Positions 48,402 through 58,982 of a stretch of DNA of 64,000 nucleotides are shown here, one piece after another. This stretch comes from an uncultured Verrucomicrobiota bacterium (GTDB taxonomy: Bacteria > Verrucomicrobiota > Verrucomicrobiia > Limisphaerales > UBA8199). The stretch lies in assembly GCA_964631605.1 (NCBI GenBank), contig CAZVYG010000014.1, positions 13,446 through 77,445 on the forward strand, written 5' to 3'. Positions within the stretch are counted from its first letter, which is position 1. Every line of letters begins with the position of its first letter. Under the pieces are notes generated by a model. It ran no database searches. It was not told where the DNA came from and saw nothing but the letters and a program-made list of their open reading frames with translations. The translations under genes and the position numbers were made by a program.

Positions 48402-49508
48402 TCAGAGCTTGTCCACGTATTTTTGCATGGCCTCCTCCTGGCGTTCGATGGACTTGACGAGGCTGAACTGCGTGCGGCAGCGGTCGAGGTTGTGCCCGGG
48501 CCGGTGGATGCGGAAATAGGTGTCGCCGCTGAGGAAGTCGGTCAGGAACCGCAGGCCGATTTCAAAGGTGATGAGCTTGCCCGAGAATGCGATGAGCGAC
48601 CGTTCGGCCTTGGTCAGGAACAGGCCGGCGGTCGAGAGGTAGCCTTCCGCCAGTTTGCGGAACATGGGCATCTGCATTTTGACTTTCGAGAGGTCTTTTT
48701 CGTCCTCGAGTGTCGGGCTGGTGGTGGTGCGGACCATGTCGCCAAAGTCGTACAGGGCGCATCCCGGCATGACGGTGTCCAGGTCCACCACGCACATGGC
48801 CTGGCCGGTTTTGGTGTCGAGCATGACGTTGTTGAATTTGGTGTCGTTGTGCGTGATGCGCTCCGGAATCGCGCCCTTGGCCATCGCGTTGAGGATGACG
48901 TCCACGATGGGCTCGCGGGAAAGGGCGAACTCGATTTCGGGGCGGGCCTCGCGCGCGCGGTTGTAGTGGTCCTTTTCGACGGCCTCCTGCAGCGCGGCGA
49001 AGCGTTTGCGGGTGTTGTGAAAATCGGGAATGGTCTCGAGCAGCCGGCCGCCGGGCAGATCCACCAGGTGCAGTTGGAATTCGCCGAACGCGCGGCCGGC
49101 CTCGTAGGCCTGCCGGGGCGACTGCACGGACTCAAAAGTCTGCACCCCTTCGACGAAGACGAAAGTGCGCCAATACTCGCCGTCGCCGTTGTAATAGTAG
49201 GACTGGCCGTCGCGCGTCGGGATCACGATCAGGGAGCGGCGGGTGATGTCGCTGGCTTCCTGGGCCTCGAGCTTGCTGCGAATGTGAGAGGTCACGCGCA
49301 CCAGGTTTTTCATCACCGCGGGCGGTTCCTTGAACACCCGTTTGTTGATCTTCTGGTGGATGTAGCGCACGCGCATGCCGCCCTGGTCGTAGGTGGCGGA
49401 ATAGGTTTCGTTGATATGCCCGATTTTGAAGGTCTCGGCGTGGAGAATCTCGCCGTAAATCTGGAACTGGCGCGAGATGTGTTGCAGTTCTTTTTCCTGG
49501 TAAGCCAT
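48402..49508 (-). CDS. aminoglycoside-phosphotransferase-fold sugar kinase (N-acetylhexosamine 1-kinase/NahK-like)
   Basis: ORF extends to 49706; the start MAYQEKELQHISRQF is at 49508. Motifs are GHINETY, the Brenner-type motif ITHNDTKFNNVMLD and VVDLDTVMPG (DxD). Confidence 0.65.
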   Translation of the reverse strand: MAYQEKELQHISRQFQIYGEILHAETFKIGHINETYSATYDQGGMRVRYIHQKINKRVFKEPPAVMKNLVRVTSHIRSKLEAQEASDITRRSLIVIPTRDGQSYYYNGDGEYWRTFVFVEGVQTFESVQSPRQAYEAGRAFGEFQLHLVDLPGGRLLETIPDFHNTRKRFAALQEAVEKDHYNRAREARPEIEFALSREPIVDVILNAMAKGAIPERITHNDTKFNNVMLDTKTGQAMCVVDLDTVMPGCALYDFGDMVRTTTSPTLEDEKDLSKVKMQMPMFRKLAEGYLSTAGLFLTKAERSLIAFSGKLITFEIGLRFLTDFLSGDTYFRIHRPGHNLDRCRTQFSLVKSIERQEEAMQKYVDKL

Positions 49509-49724
49509 AGAAACGCTTGCTGGACCCCATACTGCGCCGGAGGCGGGCAAACTGCAACGGGGAAAAGGCCCGAAGGCCAGACCGCAATTCAACGGATGGT
49601 CGGGAGCGCGTGGGCCGGGTCTGTTTTGTGCCTTCTGCCGCGAGCGCAACCGGGACCGCCCAGAAGACCTTGCGCCTCCCCGCGCCAGGCGCGCCACCTT
49701 TGGCAAGCCCTCCGTTGCGGTTGC

Positions 49725-50483
49725 TCAGGGCATTCCGGGCGCGTGGTAGCGGCGGCGGGCGGGCACCTGCAAAAAGGCCGGCGCCTGGATGTCCTCGAAG
49801 ATCATGGCGGTTAATTTTCCGCCGTAGCAACAGGAAGTGTCGAGGTTGGTGGACCAGGGGGTGCGATGAACCTCATCCATGCGCCAGTGACCGTGGATGA
49901 TGTGGCCGAAACGGCCATCATACATCTCCCACCACGGCCGCGCGCCGGGCACGTTGTCCATGCCAAGCCGGAGGGAATGCCCCTTCTCGTCCACCTTCCG
50001 GATGCGGATAAGGCGGTCCCGCGCCTCCTGGGTCTGGGTCAGCGCTTCCAGCGTTGGATGGCGGAGCGGGCAAATGCCGGCGTGCACGACGAGGAAATCG
50101 GGGCCGCGGTAGTAGTAGGGCAGTCCGCTCAACCACTCGAGGTCCTCGACCGACAGACTGGCGTAAACCGCCTGTTTGGCGGGGGGCAACAGCAGCATCG
50201 CGGCATCGGACTTTTGCCCGGTTCCGCGATCATGGTGGAGGTAATGGTGGACGTACTTCTCATCATGGTTGCCCCGCAAAGCGACGGCGCCCCCCTCCTG
50301 AGTGAGCTGCCGCACCCGGCGCACGACGCCGGCGCTGGCGGGGCCGCGATCCACGAAATCCCCGACAAACACAAGCTGCTGGTGGCGGGGATCAAAGCGC
50401 AACGCCGCCAGGAGCCCTTCCAGTTCCTCGAGACAGCCATGCACGTCCCCGACCACAACGTGTTGTTTTTTCACACGCGTCAT
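49725..50483 (-). CDS. metallophosphoesterase (PPP-family Ser/Thr phosphatase / ApaH-like)
   Basis: Carries VVGDVHGCLEEL, FVGDFVDRGP, RGNHD and HGH, the full calcineurin-like phosphoesterase motif set. Confidence 0.8.
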   Translation of the reverse strand: MTRVKKQHVVVGDVHGCLEELEGLLAALRFDPRHQQLVFVGDFVDRGPASAGVVRRVRQLTQEGGAVALRGNHDEKYVHHYLHHDRGTGQKSDAAMLLLPPAKQAVYASLSVEDLEWLSGLPYYYRGPDFLVVHAGICPLRHPTLEALTQTQEARDRLIRIRKVDEKGHSLRLGMDNVPGARPWWEMYDGRFGHIIHGHWRMDEVHRTPWSTNLDTSCCYGGKLTAMIFEDIQAPAFLQVPARRRYHAPGMP

Positions 50484-50581
50484 GCGCCAGAGTAGCCGTT
50501 GGCGGGGCAACAGACAAGGGACGGCGGCGGTTCGGAATCGAATCCGCTTGCCGCCGGCCCGGCCTCGGGACTAAATGCGGC

Positions 50582-51919
50582 ATGCAGTCAACAAACCTGT
50601 CTGGCAGGCGCCTGAACTCGACGCTGGGTTTAAGGACAGGCGCCATCATGTTGCTGTGCTTGACGTTCGTGGCGACGGTCAGGGGCGACCCGGTGGAGTG
50701 GGCCAGCCACGCTCGGCAAATCAAGGAACAACTGATTCGGCAAATCATGCCCTACTGGCATGACCGGGGCGTGGACCGGCAGCGGGGCGGCTATGTTTTG
50801 GCCGACAATGGCTCCGCGGTTCCGGCCGCCGCCTCCGAGAAACAGTTGGTGACCCAGGCGCGGATGATCTGGGGGTTCGCGCATGCCCATCGCAAAGGAC
50901 TGGAAGACGGCAGCCGTGATTACCTTGGCGCAGCGCGGCAGGGACGGGAGTTTCTGCGGCGGCATTTTCACGACGCAGCCCACGGCGGCTATTACTGGAC
51001 CACCGACCTCGAGGGCCGCGCGTTGAACCGAAACAAAATCGTTTATGGGCAGGCCTTCGTCATTTACGCGCTGGTGGAATATTACCGGGCGAGTGGCGAG
51101 GCGGCCGCCCTGGAGGAGGCGCTCGAGCTTTACCGGCAGTTGCAGCAAAAGGCGCACGATCGGAAGCACGGCGGCTGGATCGAACATTTTCAGGCGGATT
51201 GGACCCCGATCCTGGCCCCCTCGCCCGGGGCGGTTGTCGAGGTGGCCGGTTACAAGAGCGCCAACACCCACCTGCACTTGATGGAGGCGCTGACGGAGTT
51301 GTATGAAGCAACGCGGGACACCGCGGTGCGCCGGTCGCTCGAGGAGGCGCTGCGGCTGAACCTGAAGTATTTCTATCCCCGCAAGCCGGGCCGGTCCTGT
51401 TTTCACCGCCGGCTGGACTGGGCGGAAGTCACGGACCCTGCCAGCGCGGGGCTTTCCTACGGGCACAACGTGGAATTTGCCTGGCTGATGGTCCGCGCCC
51501 AGGAAGTGCTGGGACGCAAACCGGCCTGGGCGCATTTCAAGGCGCACGTGGATCACGCACTTCAATACGGGTATGACCATGCTCGGGGCGGGCTTTACAA
51601 CCGCGGCTTTGATGACCAGCCCGCCACCCAGCGGGACAAAATCTGGTGGGTGCAGGCCGAGATGTTGGCGGCGCTGACCGACGCCCTGAAACACCGCCCC
51701 GAACCGGCCTACGAACGCGCCCTCGAGAGCCTGCTGAATTTCATCCGCGACCACCAGGCCGATCCCCGGGATGGCGTCTGGTTCGATACCCTCGCGCCGG
51801 ACGGTTCCCCCAGGCATCCCGCCAAAGCTCACAATTGGAAAGCGAACTACCACGACGTGCGCGGCCTGGTGAAATTCGTGGAAGCGTTCAGCGACGCGGG
51901 TTGGGCTGCCCCGCGTTAG
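50582..51919 (+). CDS. AGE-family epimerase/isomerase (N-acylglucosamine 2-epimerase / cellobiose 2-epimerase-like)
   Basis: (alpha/alpha)6-barrel blocks: KQLVTQARMIWGFA, YGQAFVIYALVEYY, NTHLHLMEAL, GHNVEFAWLM and WWVQAEMLAAL. It has a signal-like N-terminus. Confidence 0.8.
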   Translation: MQSTNLSGRRLNSTLGLRTGAIMLLCLTFVATVRGDPVEWASHARQIKEQLIRQIMPYWHDRGVDRQRGGYVLADNGSAVPAAASEKQLVTQARMIWGFAHAHRKGLEDGSRDYLGAARQGREFLRRHFHDAAHGGYYWTTDLEGRALNRNKIVYGQAFVIYALVEYYRASGEAAALEEALELYRQLQQKAHDRKHGGWIEHFQADWTPILAPSPGAVVEVAGYKSANTHLHLMEALTELYEATRDTAVRRSLEEALRLNLKYFYPRKPGRSCFHRRLDWAEVTDPASAGLSYGHNVEFAWLMVRAQEVLGRKPAWAHFKAHVDHALQYGYDHARGGLYNRGFDDQPATQRDKIWWVQAEMLAALTDALKHRPEPAYERALESLLNFIRDHQADPRDGVWFDTLAPDGSPRHPAKAHNWKANYHDVRGLVKFVEAFSDAGWAAPR

Positions 51920-53004
51920 GCGAGTTCGGCGTTAGCTTGGGGAAGCAGGGGAAGCAGAATGGTGAACGTCGAGCCTTGTTGCGGCTCGCTGTGGGCGTTA
52001 ATAGTGCCACGGTGCTGCTCGATGATCCGCCGCGTGATGGCCAGTCCCAGCCCGGTGCCCCCCGGCTTGGTCGTGAAGAACGGCTCGAAGAGCCGGTTCA
52101 CCTGGTCGGGGGGAATGCCCACTCCCGTGTCTTGAACGGTCACCCGGATGCTCGACGCGGGCCCGGGGCCGGGGTGCAGCTCGGTGGCCACAACCAGGGT
52201 GCCGCCGGATTCCATGGCGTCGAGGGCATTGAGCAGCAGATTCAGAAACGCCTGTTGCAGTTCATACTCTCCCCCCAACACCCGGTCCTGCGCGGCGTGG
52301 AACTCACGCTGAATGCTGACCGTTCCCCCTTTGATCCGGGTACGGACCAGATGGAGGGAGTGGTCCAGCACCTCGTGAAGGCTCAGCGGCGCGAAGGTTG
52401 CTTCGGCCGGGGCGGAAAAGCGCAGCATGCGATTGACCATGGTGTCAATGCGAGCCATCTCCCGTCGTGCCACCTCCGCCAGCTCCAATCCCGGGTGTTG
52501 CTCGATGAGGAGCTCAATCAGCGCCTTGCCCGCCACCAGCGCATTCCGGATTTCGTGGCTCATCCCGGCGGCAAGCATTCCCATGGCCGCCAGCCGGTCC
52601 AGCCGCCAGAGGCTTTGCTCCAGCCGCCGCACACTGGTGAGGTCGTTCAACACCAGCACCAGCGAGGCTCCGTCCCGCGGGTCCCGCAGCGGGACGGCCG
52701 TCACACTTAAGATCATCTCATCCGAGCCGTTTGGTAAACTGATCTGTCGGGCCACCACCGGAGTGCCGCCAGCCACCGCTTCCCGCGCCAGGCCCCGGAC
52801 CGCCTCGGGCAGGGCGCCGGCGGCGGATGCCCCCTCGGTTGGGGAAGCGAGGCGAAGGATTCGGGCCGCCTCCGGAGTCAGCTTCAATACCTTCCCATCA
52901 CCATCGAACAAGACGAGCCCGCAAGCCAGGCACTCACCCAGCGCGGCAGCCAGCCCCAGCCCCGCCTCCCCGGGCGCGACGTTGTTAAAGAGCTCAACGG
53001 GCAT
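51916..53004 (-). CDS. orphan PAS-type sensor histidine kinase (NtrB-like)
   Basis: H-box MSHEIRNAL. The N, G1 and G2 boxes are LLNALDAM, DTGVGIP and GTGLGLAI. No adjacent response regulator. It is transcribed divergently from the sugar ABC operon. Confidence 0.85.
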   Translation of the reverse strand: MPVELFNNVAPGEAGLGLAAALGECLACGLVLFDGDGKVLKLTPEAARILRLASPTEGASAAGALPEAVRGLAREAVAGGTPVVARQISLPNGSDEMILSVTAVPLRDPRDGASLVLVLNDLTSVRRLEQSLWRLDRLAAMGMLAAGMSHEIRNALVAGKALIELLIEQHPGLELAEVARREMARIDTMVNRMLRFSAPAEATFAPLSLHEVLDHSLHLVRTRIKGGTVSIQREFHAAQDRVLGGEYELQQAFLNLLLNALDAMESGGTLVVATELHPGPGPASSIRVTVQDTGVGIPPDQVNRLFEPFFTTKPGGTGLGLAITRRIIEQHRGTINAHSEPQQGSTFTILLPLLPQANAELA

Positions 53005-53209
53005 GGGGAAAGGCTCCGGTTCCGGAAGAGGATCCCCGGAGGGCAGGTTTTTGTTTGTGCGCCAATTCAGGCGGGGTTCGCTGTCTGGTCAGCGTCATGG
53101 GACAAACGACTCTAATGCCGGGAGGCTGCTTCCGCAAGCCGGTTGGGCGATTATTTTTGCGCCCAAGCCGGGCTCCGTAATTGAATTGACGCTGTCGGCG
53201 GTTTGAGGA

Positions 53210-54211
53210 ATGGTGTCCGCTGATGGCCCTGAACGACCATTGGTTATGAACTGTGTCCGAATGCCGCCCCTGCGTTCTATTTCTCTGCCGCTGCTCGCCG
53301 GCCTCCTCCTTGCGCTGCTGGCTGTCACCGGGTGCAAGCCTGGCTCCCCTTCCGCTGCCGAGCACAGGCCCCGGATTGCCCTGGTGATGAAATCGCTGGC
53401 CAACGAGTTTTTCAGCACGATGGCCGAAGGCGCGCGGAAGCATCAGGCGGCCCATGCCACGGATTACGAGCTGGTGGTGAATGGCATCAAGAACGAGACC
53501 GACCTGGCCGAGCAGGTCGGCCTGGTCGAGCAGATGATCGCGCGGCAGGTGGACGCGATTGTGATCGCCCCGGCCGATTCGAAGGCATTGGTGCCCGTGC
53601 TCAAACGCGCCAAGGCCGCCGGCATACTCGTCGTCAATATTGACAACAAACTGGATGCCGAGGTGCTGCGGCAGGAGGCTCTGACCGTCCCGTTTGTGGG
53701 GCCGGACAATCGGGCGGGTGCGCGGATGGTGGGGGAAGCGGTGGCCCGGCGGCTCCACCCCGGCGACAAGGTAGCCATTATTGAAGGCATCCCCACCGCG
53801 TTCAATGGCCAGCAGCGGCGGCTGGGCTTCGAAGACGCGATGAAAGCAGCGGGGATGACGATCATTTCGATTCAAAGCGGCAACTGGGAGATGGAACGAG
53901 CCAACACGGTGGCGGCCGCCATGCTCGCCGAACACGCCGATCTGCGCGCCCTCCTCTGCGCCAATGACAGCATGGCGCTGGGGGCCGTTGCCGCCGTTCA
54001 AGCCGCCGGCAAGGCGGGCAAAGTGCTGGTGGCGGGTTTTGACAATATCAGCGCCATCCGGCCGATGCTGGCCGACGGCCGGGTGGTCGCGACCGCCAAT
54101 CAGCATGCCGACCAACTGGCGGTGTTCGGCATCGAGGCCGCGCTCAAGATGCTCAAAGGCGAGGCGCCGGCCGCCGACCAAACCACGGCGGTGGACCTCA
54201 TCACCCGCTAG
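53210..54211 (+). CDS. sugar ABC transporter periplasmic substrate-binding lipoprotein (RbsB-like)
   Basis: Peripla_BP_4-type blocks are present (IALVMKSLANEFF, VDAIVIAPADS, FDNISA). The likely true start is the internal MPPLRSISLPLLAGLLLALLAVTGC at 53261 (lipobox). Confidence 0.85.
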   Translation: MVSADGPERPLVMNCVRMPPLRSISLPLLAGLLLALLAVTGCKPGSPSAAEHRPRIALVMKSLANEFFSTMAEGARKHQAAHATDYELVVNGIKNETDLAEQVGLVEQMIARQVDAIVIAPADSKALVPVLKRAKAAGILVVNIDNKLDAEVLRQEALTVPFVGPDNRAGARMVGEAVARRLHPGDKVAIIEGIPTAFNGQQRRLGFEDAMKAAGMTIISIQSGNWEMERANTVAAAMLAEHADLRALLCANDSMALGAVAAVQAAGKAGKVLVAGFDNISAIRPMLADGRVVATANQHADQLAVFGIEAALKMLKGEAPAADQTTAVDLITR

Positions 54212-54223
54212 ACCAGGGCCTTC

Positions 54224-55767
54224 ATGGTCATGAGCGACTCGGCTCCCTTGCTCCACGTCACCGGCCTCTGCAAGACTTACAGTGTGCCGGTGCTCTCGCA
54301 GTTCTCCTTCGAGCTGGCGGCGGGCGAGGTGCATGCGCTGGTCGGCAGCAACGGCGCCGGCAAATCCACCTTCGCCCGCATTCTCTCGGGCCTGACACCG
54401 CCCGATGCCGGTGAAATGCGGCTGGCGGGCCGGCTCCATACGCCGCGGACCAAACGGGAAGCGGAGCATGCCGGCGTGGTGATGGTCATGCAGGAGCTGA
54501 ACGTCATCGGCACCCTGACCGTCGCCGAGAACATCTTTTTGAACCGCCTGCCGCGCCGGGCGGGGTTTGTGTCCTATCGCCGGCTGCACGACATGGCGCG
54601 GGAGGCGTTGAAGCGAGTCGGCTTGCAGCACGTGGACCCCGCCACCCCGGCCGACCGGCTGGGCATCGGCACGCAGCAACTGGTCGAAATCGCCGGCGCG
54701 CTGGCCCAAAACTGCCGGCTGCTCATCCTCGACGAGCCCACCGCCGCGCTGACCGACCCGGAAATCGAGCTGCTCTTCAACAATATCCGCCGCCTCAAAG
54801 CCGCCGGCGTCGGGATCATTTACATCAGTCATCGCATGGATGAAATCCGGCGCATCGCCGACCGGGTGACCGTGCTGCGCGACGGCCGCCGGATTGCCAC
54901 GCATCCGGCGGCCACCGCCTCGACTGAGGAGCTCGTCCGCGAAATGGTCGGACATGATCTCCCCGAGCGAAAAAGCGCGGGTGACCGCCGGCTTGGCGAA
55001 CCCGGCTTGCGCGTCCGCGGCCTGTGCGCGGGCGACCGGGTCAAGGACGTCAGCTTCGAAGCCCGTCGGGGCGAGATTCTCGGCCTGGCGGGGTTGATTG
55101 GGTCCGGCCGCACCGAAACCCTCCGGGCCATTTTCGGCGCGGACCCCAGGCAGCGGGGTGAGATTTACGTGGGCGGCGATCCGCACCCTGTCACGATTCG
55201 AGAGCCGGCGGACGCCGTTCGCGCCGGCATCGGCATGGTGCCGGAAGACCGCAAGCAGGACGGCTTGCTGCTGCAGCAGGCCATTCGTGTGAACACCACG
55301 CTCGCAACGCTGGCGCGGCACACGCGGTGGGGCTGGATCAGCACCCGCTCCGAAACGCGCACGACCGAGGCGATGCGCCAACGGCTGGATGTGCGGTGCG
55401 CCTCCCTCGAGCAGGCGGTGGCGGAATTGAGCGGTGGAACTCAACAGAAGGTGGTGGTCGGGCGCTGGCTGGCCCGCGACTGCCAGGTGCTGCTGTTTGA
55501 CGAACCCACCCGCGGGATTGATGTCGCGGCCAAAGACACCCTCTACCAGGTTTTGCGCGACCTCGCCGCCGAGGGCAAAACGGTCGTGGTCGTCTCGAGC
55601 GAACTGACCGAACTCATGGCCTTGTGCGACCGCATTCTCGTCCTCTCCGCCGGCCGCATCGCCGGTGAGTTCCTCCCGGGGCAGTGGAGCCAGGAGAAAA
55701 TCACCCAGGCCGCCTTCAGCGGCTACCTGGACCGCACCGCGGCTGCGCCGGCCGGGGGCCGGTCCGC

Positions 55768-55771
<4 letters not shown>
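54224..55771 (+). CDS. sugar ABC transporter ATP-binding protein (duplicated NBD, RbsA/MglA-like)
   Basis: The first NBD has Walker A GSNGAGKST, the signature sequence LGIGTQQLVEIA and Walker B LLILDEPT. The second NBD has GLIGSGRTE, LSGGTQQKV and LLFDEPTRGID. Confidence 0.9.
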
Positions 55772-56793
<1,022 letters not shown>

Positions 56794-56877
56794 TGCGGCG
56801 TGTGAAAAAGGGTCCTGGTGGCCGGCCGGCCGCACTGTGGCCTGGGCAAATAGTCTCCAAGTTCCCGCTGCCCAACC

Positions 56878-57297
56878 TTAGCGCCCTCCCGATCCCTTCT
56901 TCGGCCGAACCGGGGCGGGCACCGCCACAACGTGCCCCGTGACAACGACCGTGGCCCCGCCGCCGCCGCTGAAAGTCAGTAACTGGCTGTCGCTGCCGCC
57001 GCCGCTGGGCTGGTAGATGAGGGTCATCACCTGCGCCTGGTTTCGGGTGAGATTGTAAGTCTCCCCCGAGATGATCTTGAAGGGCGCGGCCACCTTGGCA
57101 ACACCGATAAGCCGCCCGCCGCCCGCATTTTCCACCAGGACTGTATTGGTGGCCGCGGCGCCGGGCGCGACGGCCCCGAAATCGAGCACGCGGGGGGAAA
57201 CGAACACGATCGGGTTGGTCAGAAGCGAACCCGCCAGCGCCGCCCACTGCGGGCCGCACATGAATGCCACCGTGAAAAACAATGCGAAGCGTTTCAT
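56878..57297 (-). CDS. small secreted Ig-like (ASH / choice-of-anchor-D-like) protein
   Basis: 139 aa with the signal peptide MKRFALFFTVAFMCG. The segment LDFGAVAPGAAATNTVLVENAGGGRL...FKIISGETYNL is typical of single beta-sandwich ASH-like modules. Confidence 0.5.
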   Translation of the reverse strand: MKRFALFFTVAFMCGPQWAALAGSLLTNPIVFVSPRVLDFGAVAPGAAATNTVLVENAGGGRLIGVAKVAAPFKIISGETYNLTRNQAQVMTLIYQPSGGGSDSQLLTFSGGGGATVVVTGHVVAVPAPVRPKKGSGGR

Positions 57298-57379
57298 GGT
57301 CGTTGTTTCCTATCGGCCATCCTCGGACCCGCCGCCAACAATGTCAAGGCGCGTCTGCATTGGCCAGCCGCGTCGTGGG

Positions 57380-57421
57380 GCGGAGCTCCGCTCTGCCGGT
57401 AACCGGAAACTCCGTTTCCGG
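57380..57421. promoter_or_regulatory. two adjacent palindromic elements in the divergent intergenic region upstream of dndC
   Basis: A 12-bp perfect palindrome, GCGGAGCTCCGC (57380-57391), lies 11 nt from an 8-bp-arm inverted repeat, CCGGAAAC-TCC-GTTTCCGG (57403-57421). Any function is inferred. Confidence 0.3.
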
Positions 57422-57626
57422 GTTTGTACGGGGCGCGGCGGAACCGCAGACTGCCTTGCAGAGCAAGCCGCAACCGGAAGGTCGGAGACTTGCTCCACCC
57501 GGGCCACGAGAAACGGCTCAATCCTTGCGGACCCGGCGTTTCAAAGCGTGACGGAAGGCGCGTTGCTCCAGCGCGGTTCCGAGCGGACGACAACGGTAAA
57601 GTCGGCCGCCGCCCGTCGCGCTGCGG

Positions 57627-58982
57627 GTGAACACGGAGTTGACGCTCGGCGTCCTTCGCGACACACTGCCGACGATGGCAGCAGCGACGTACCAGGAAAT
57701 CCAAGATTCACTCCGGCAGCTCTATCTTGAGGACGCCCGTCCCTGGCTTGTCGGCTTCAGCGGGGGCAAGGATTCCACCTTGGTAGCTGCGCTGGTGTTC
57801 GACGCCATCCTGTCCCTTCCGCCGGGGCAACGCACCAAGCCCGTTACTGTTCTTTGCACCGATACGCGGGTGGAAATCCCGGCCATTGCCGAGGGCGTTG
57901 AGAGCACGCTGGAGCGGATGCGCCGGTGCTCTGAACGCGAGGGACTCAACATCGAAGCCCACTTGCTCAAACCCCCGCCCGAACAATCCTTCTGGGTCAA
58001 CATTATCGGGCGCGGCTACCCGCCGCCCAACCGCAGCTTTCGCTGGTGCACCCAGCGCCTGAAGATTGACCCGGTCACAAGCTTTGTGCAGAAACGCCTG
58101 GGCGGCGGCCACTGGAGCGAAGCCATCCTGCACCTCGGTGCGCGCCGCGCCGAAAGCTCAACCCGCGCGCAGACCATGGCCGGTCGCGAGAAACGCAACG
58201 GCCTCAACCGGCATCCCGATCTCCCACGTGTCTGGGTTTCTAACCCCATCGAATTCCTCACCACGGAACAAGTCTGGGCCTATCTGCTCCAGAAACCGAA
58301 TCCCTGGGGCGGCGACAACCGCCCGCTATACAAACTCTACGCCAGTGCCGCCAACGGCGAATGTCCCATCCAGATTGATACCAGCACGCCCAGTTGCGGC
58401 CACTCCCGCTTCGGCTGCTGGACCTGTACGGTTGTTGACCGCGACAAAGCCAGCGAGGGTCTCCTCGCCGCGGGCGATGAACGCATGGAACATCTCATCG
58501 AGTTCCGCGAAACCCTTCGGCTCTACCAAGACCCCGCCAACGGCAAACGTGACCCCAAGCGCAAGAACGGCACCGACGGCCCGGGTCCCCTCACCATCGA
58601 GGCCCGCCGCGAACTGCTCGCCATACTGCTCAGGCTTCAGGAGCAGGTGGGCTTTCCCCTCATCAGCGACGACGAACTCTTTCTCATCCAACAATTCTGG
58701 AGAAGCGCGCGGCGACCGGACGATGGCGGCGGCGTCGCGCGCATCGTCACCCGCCAGAAAGGCATCCTTATGAGCGACTGGAAAGAGACCAACCGGCTAC
58801 GCGAACTTCAGGAGGAAGTCGCCGCAGAAAAAGGCATCCGTGCCGACACCTTGCGTCGGCTGCTGGCCAAAGTGGATGAATACAGCGAAAGCCACCGCGC
58901 CTTCGGCCTGCCGGATGACCTACTCAACATCCTCAAGGACGATTTGGAACACGAGCAGGAGGAGGGAAAGAAGAATGCCTGA
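57627..58982 (+). CDS. dndC: DNA phosphorothioation sulfurtransferase DndC (PAPS-reductase/ATP-pyrophosphatase fold, Fe-S)
   Basis: P-loop PWLVGFSGGKDST. It also has RWCTQRLKI and the Cys cluster CPIQIDTSTPSCGHSRFGCWTCTVVDRDKA, which is characteristic of DndC. The start is GTG 57627 or, perhaps more likely, ATG 57675 (MAAATYQEIQ). Confidence 0.85.
   Translation: MNTELTLGVLRDTLPTMAAATYQEIQDSLRQLYLEDARPWLVGFSGGKDSTLVAALVFDAILSLPPGQRTKPVTVLCTDTRVEIPAIAEGVESTLERMRRCSEREGLNIEAHLLKPPPEQSFWVNIIGRGYPPPNRSFRWCTQRLKIDPVTSFVQKRLGGGHWSEAILHLGARRAESSTRAQTMAGREKRNGLNRHPDLPRVWVSNPIEFLTTEQVWAYLLQKPNPWGGDNRPLYKLYASAANGECPIQIDTSTPSCGHSRFGCWTCTVVDRDKASEGLLAAGDERMEHLIEFRETLRLYQDPANGKRDPKRKNGTDGPGPLTIEARRELLAILLRLQEQVGFPLISDDELFLIQQFWRSARRPDDGGGVARIVTRQKGILMSDWKETNRLRELQEEVAAEKGIRADTLRRLLAKVDEYSESHRAFGLPDDLLNILKDDLEHEQEEGKKNA

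Noticed and set aside
56794-57626. tRNA, integrase or att repeat marking the upstream edge of the dnd-like island.
   Set aside because: No cloverleaf-like sequence, recombinase ORF or direct repeat was recognised. Only a small secreted-protein gene and palindromes are present. The downstream edge lies outside the window.
58840-58974. The upstream extension of the dndD ORF (45 codons inside dndC).
   Set aside because: The extension translates to MPTPCVGCWPKWMNTAKATAPSACR..., out of frame with the well-supported DndC C-terminus. The DndD-typical N-terminus (MPEVYIDSLTVRNFGPY) begins at 58975.
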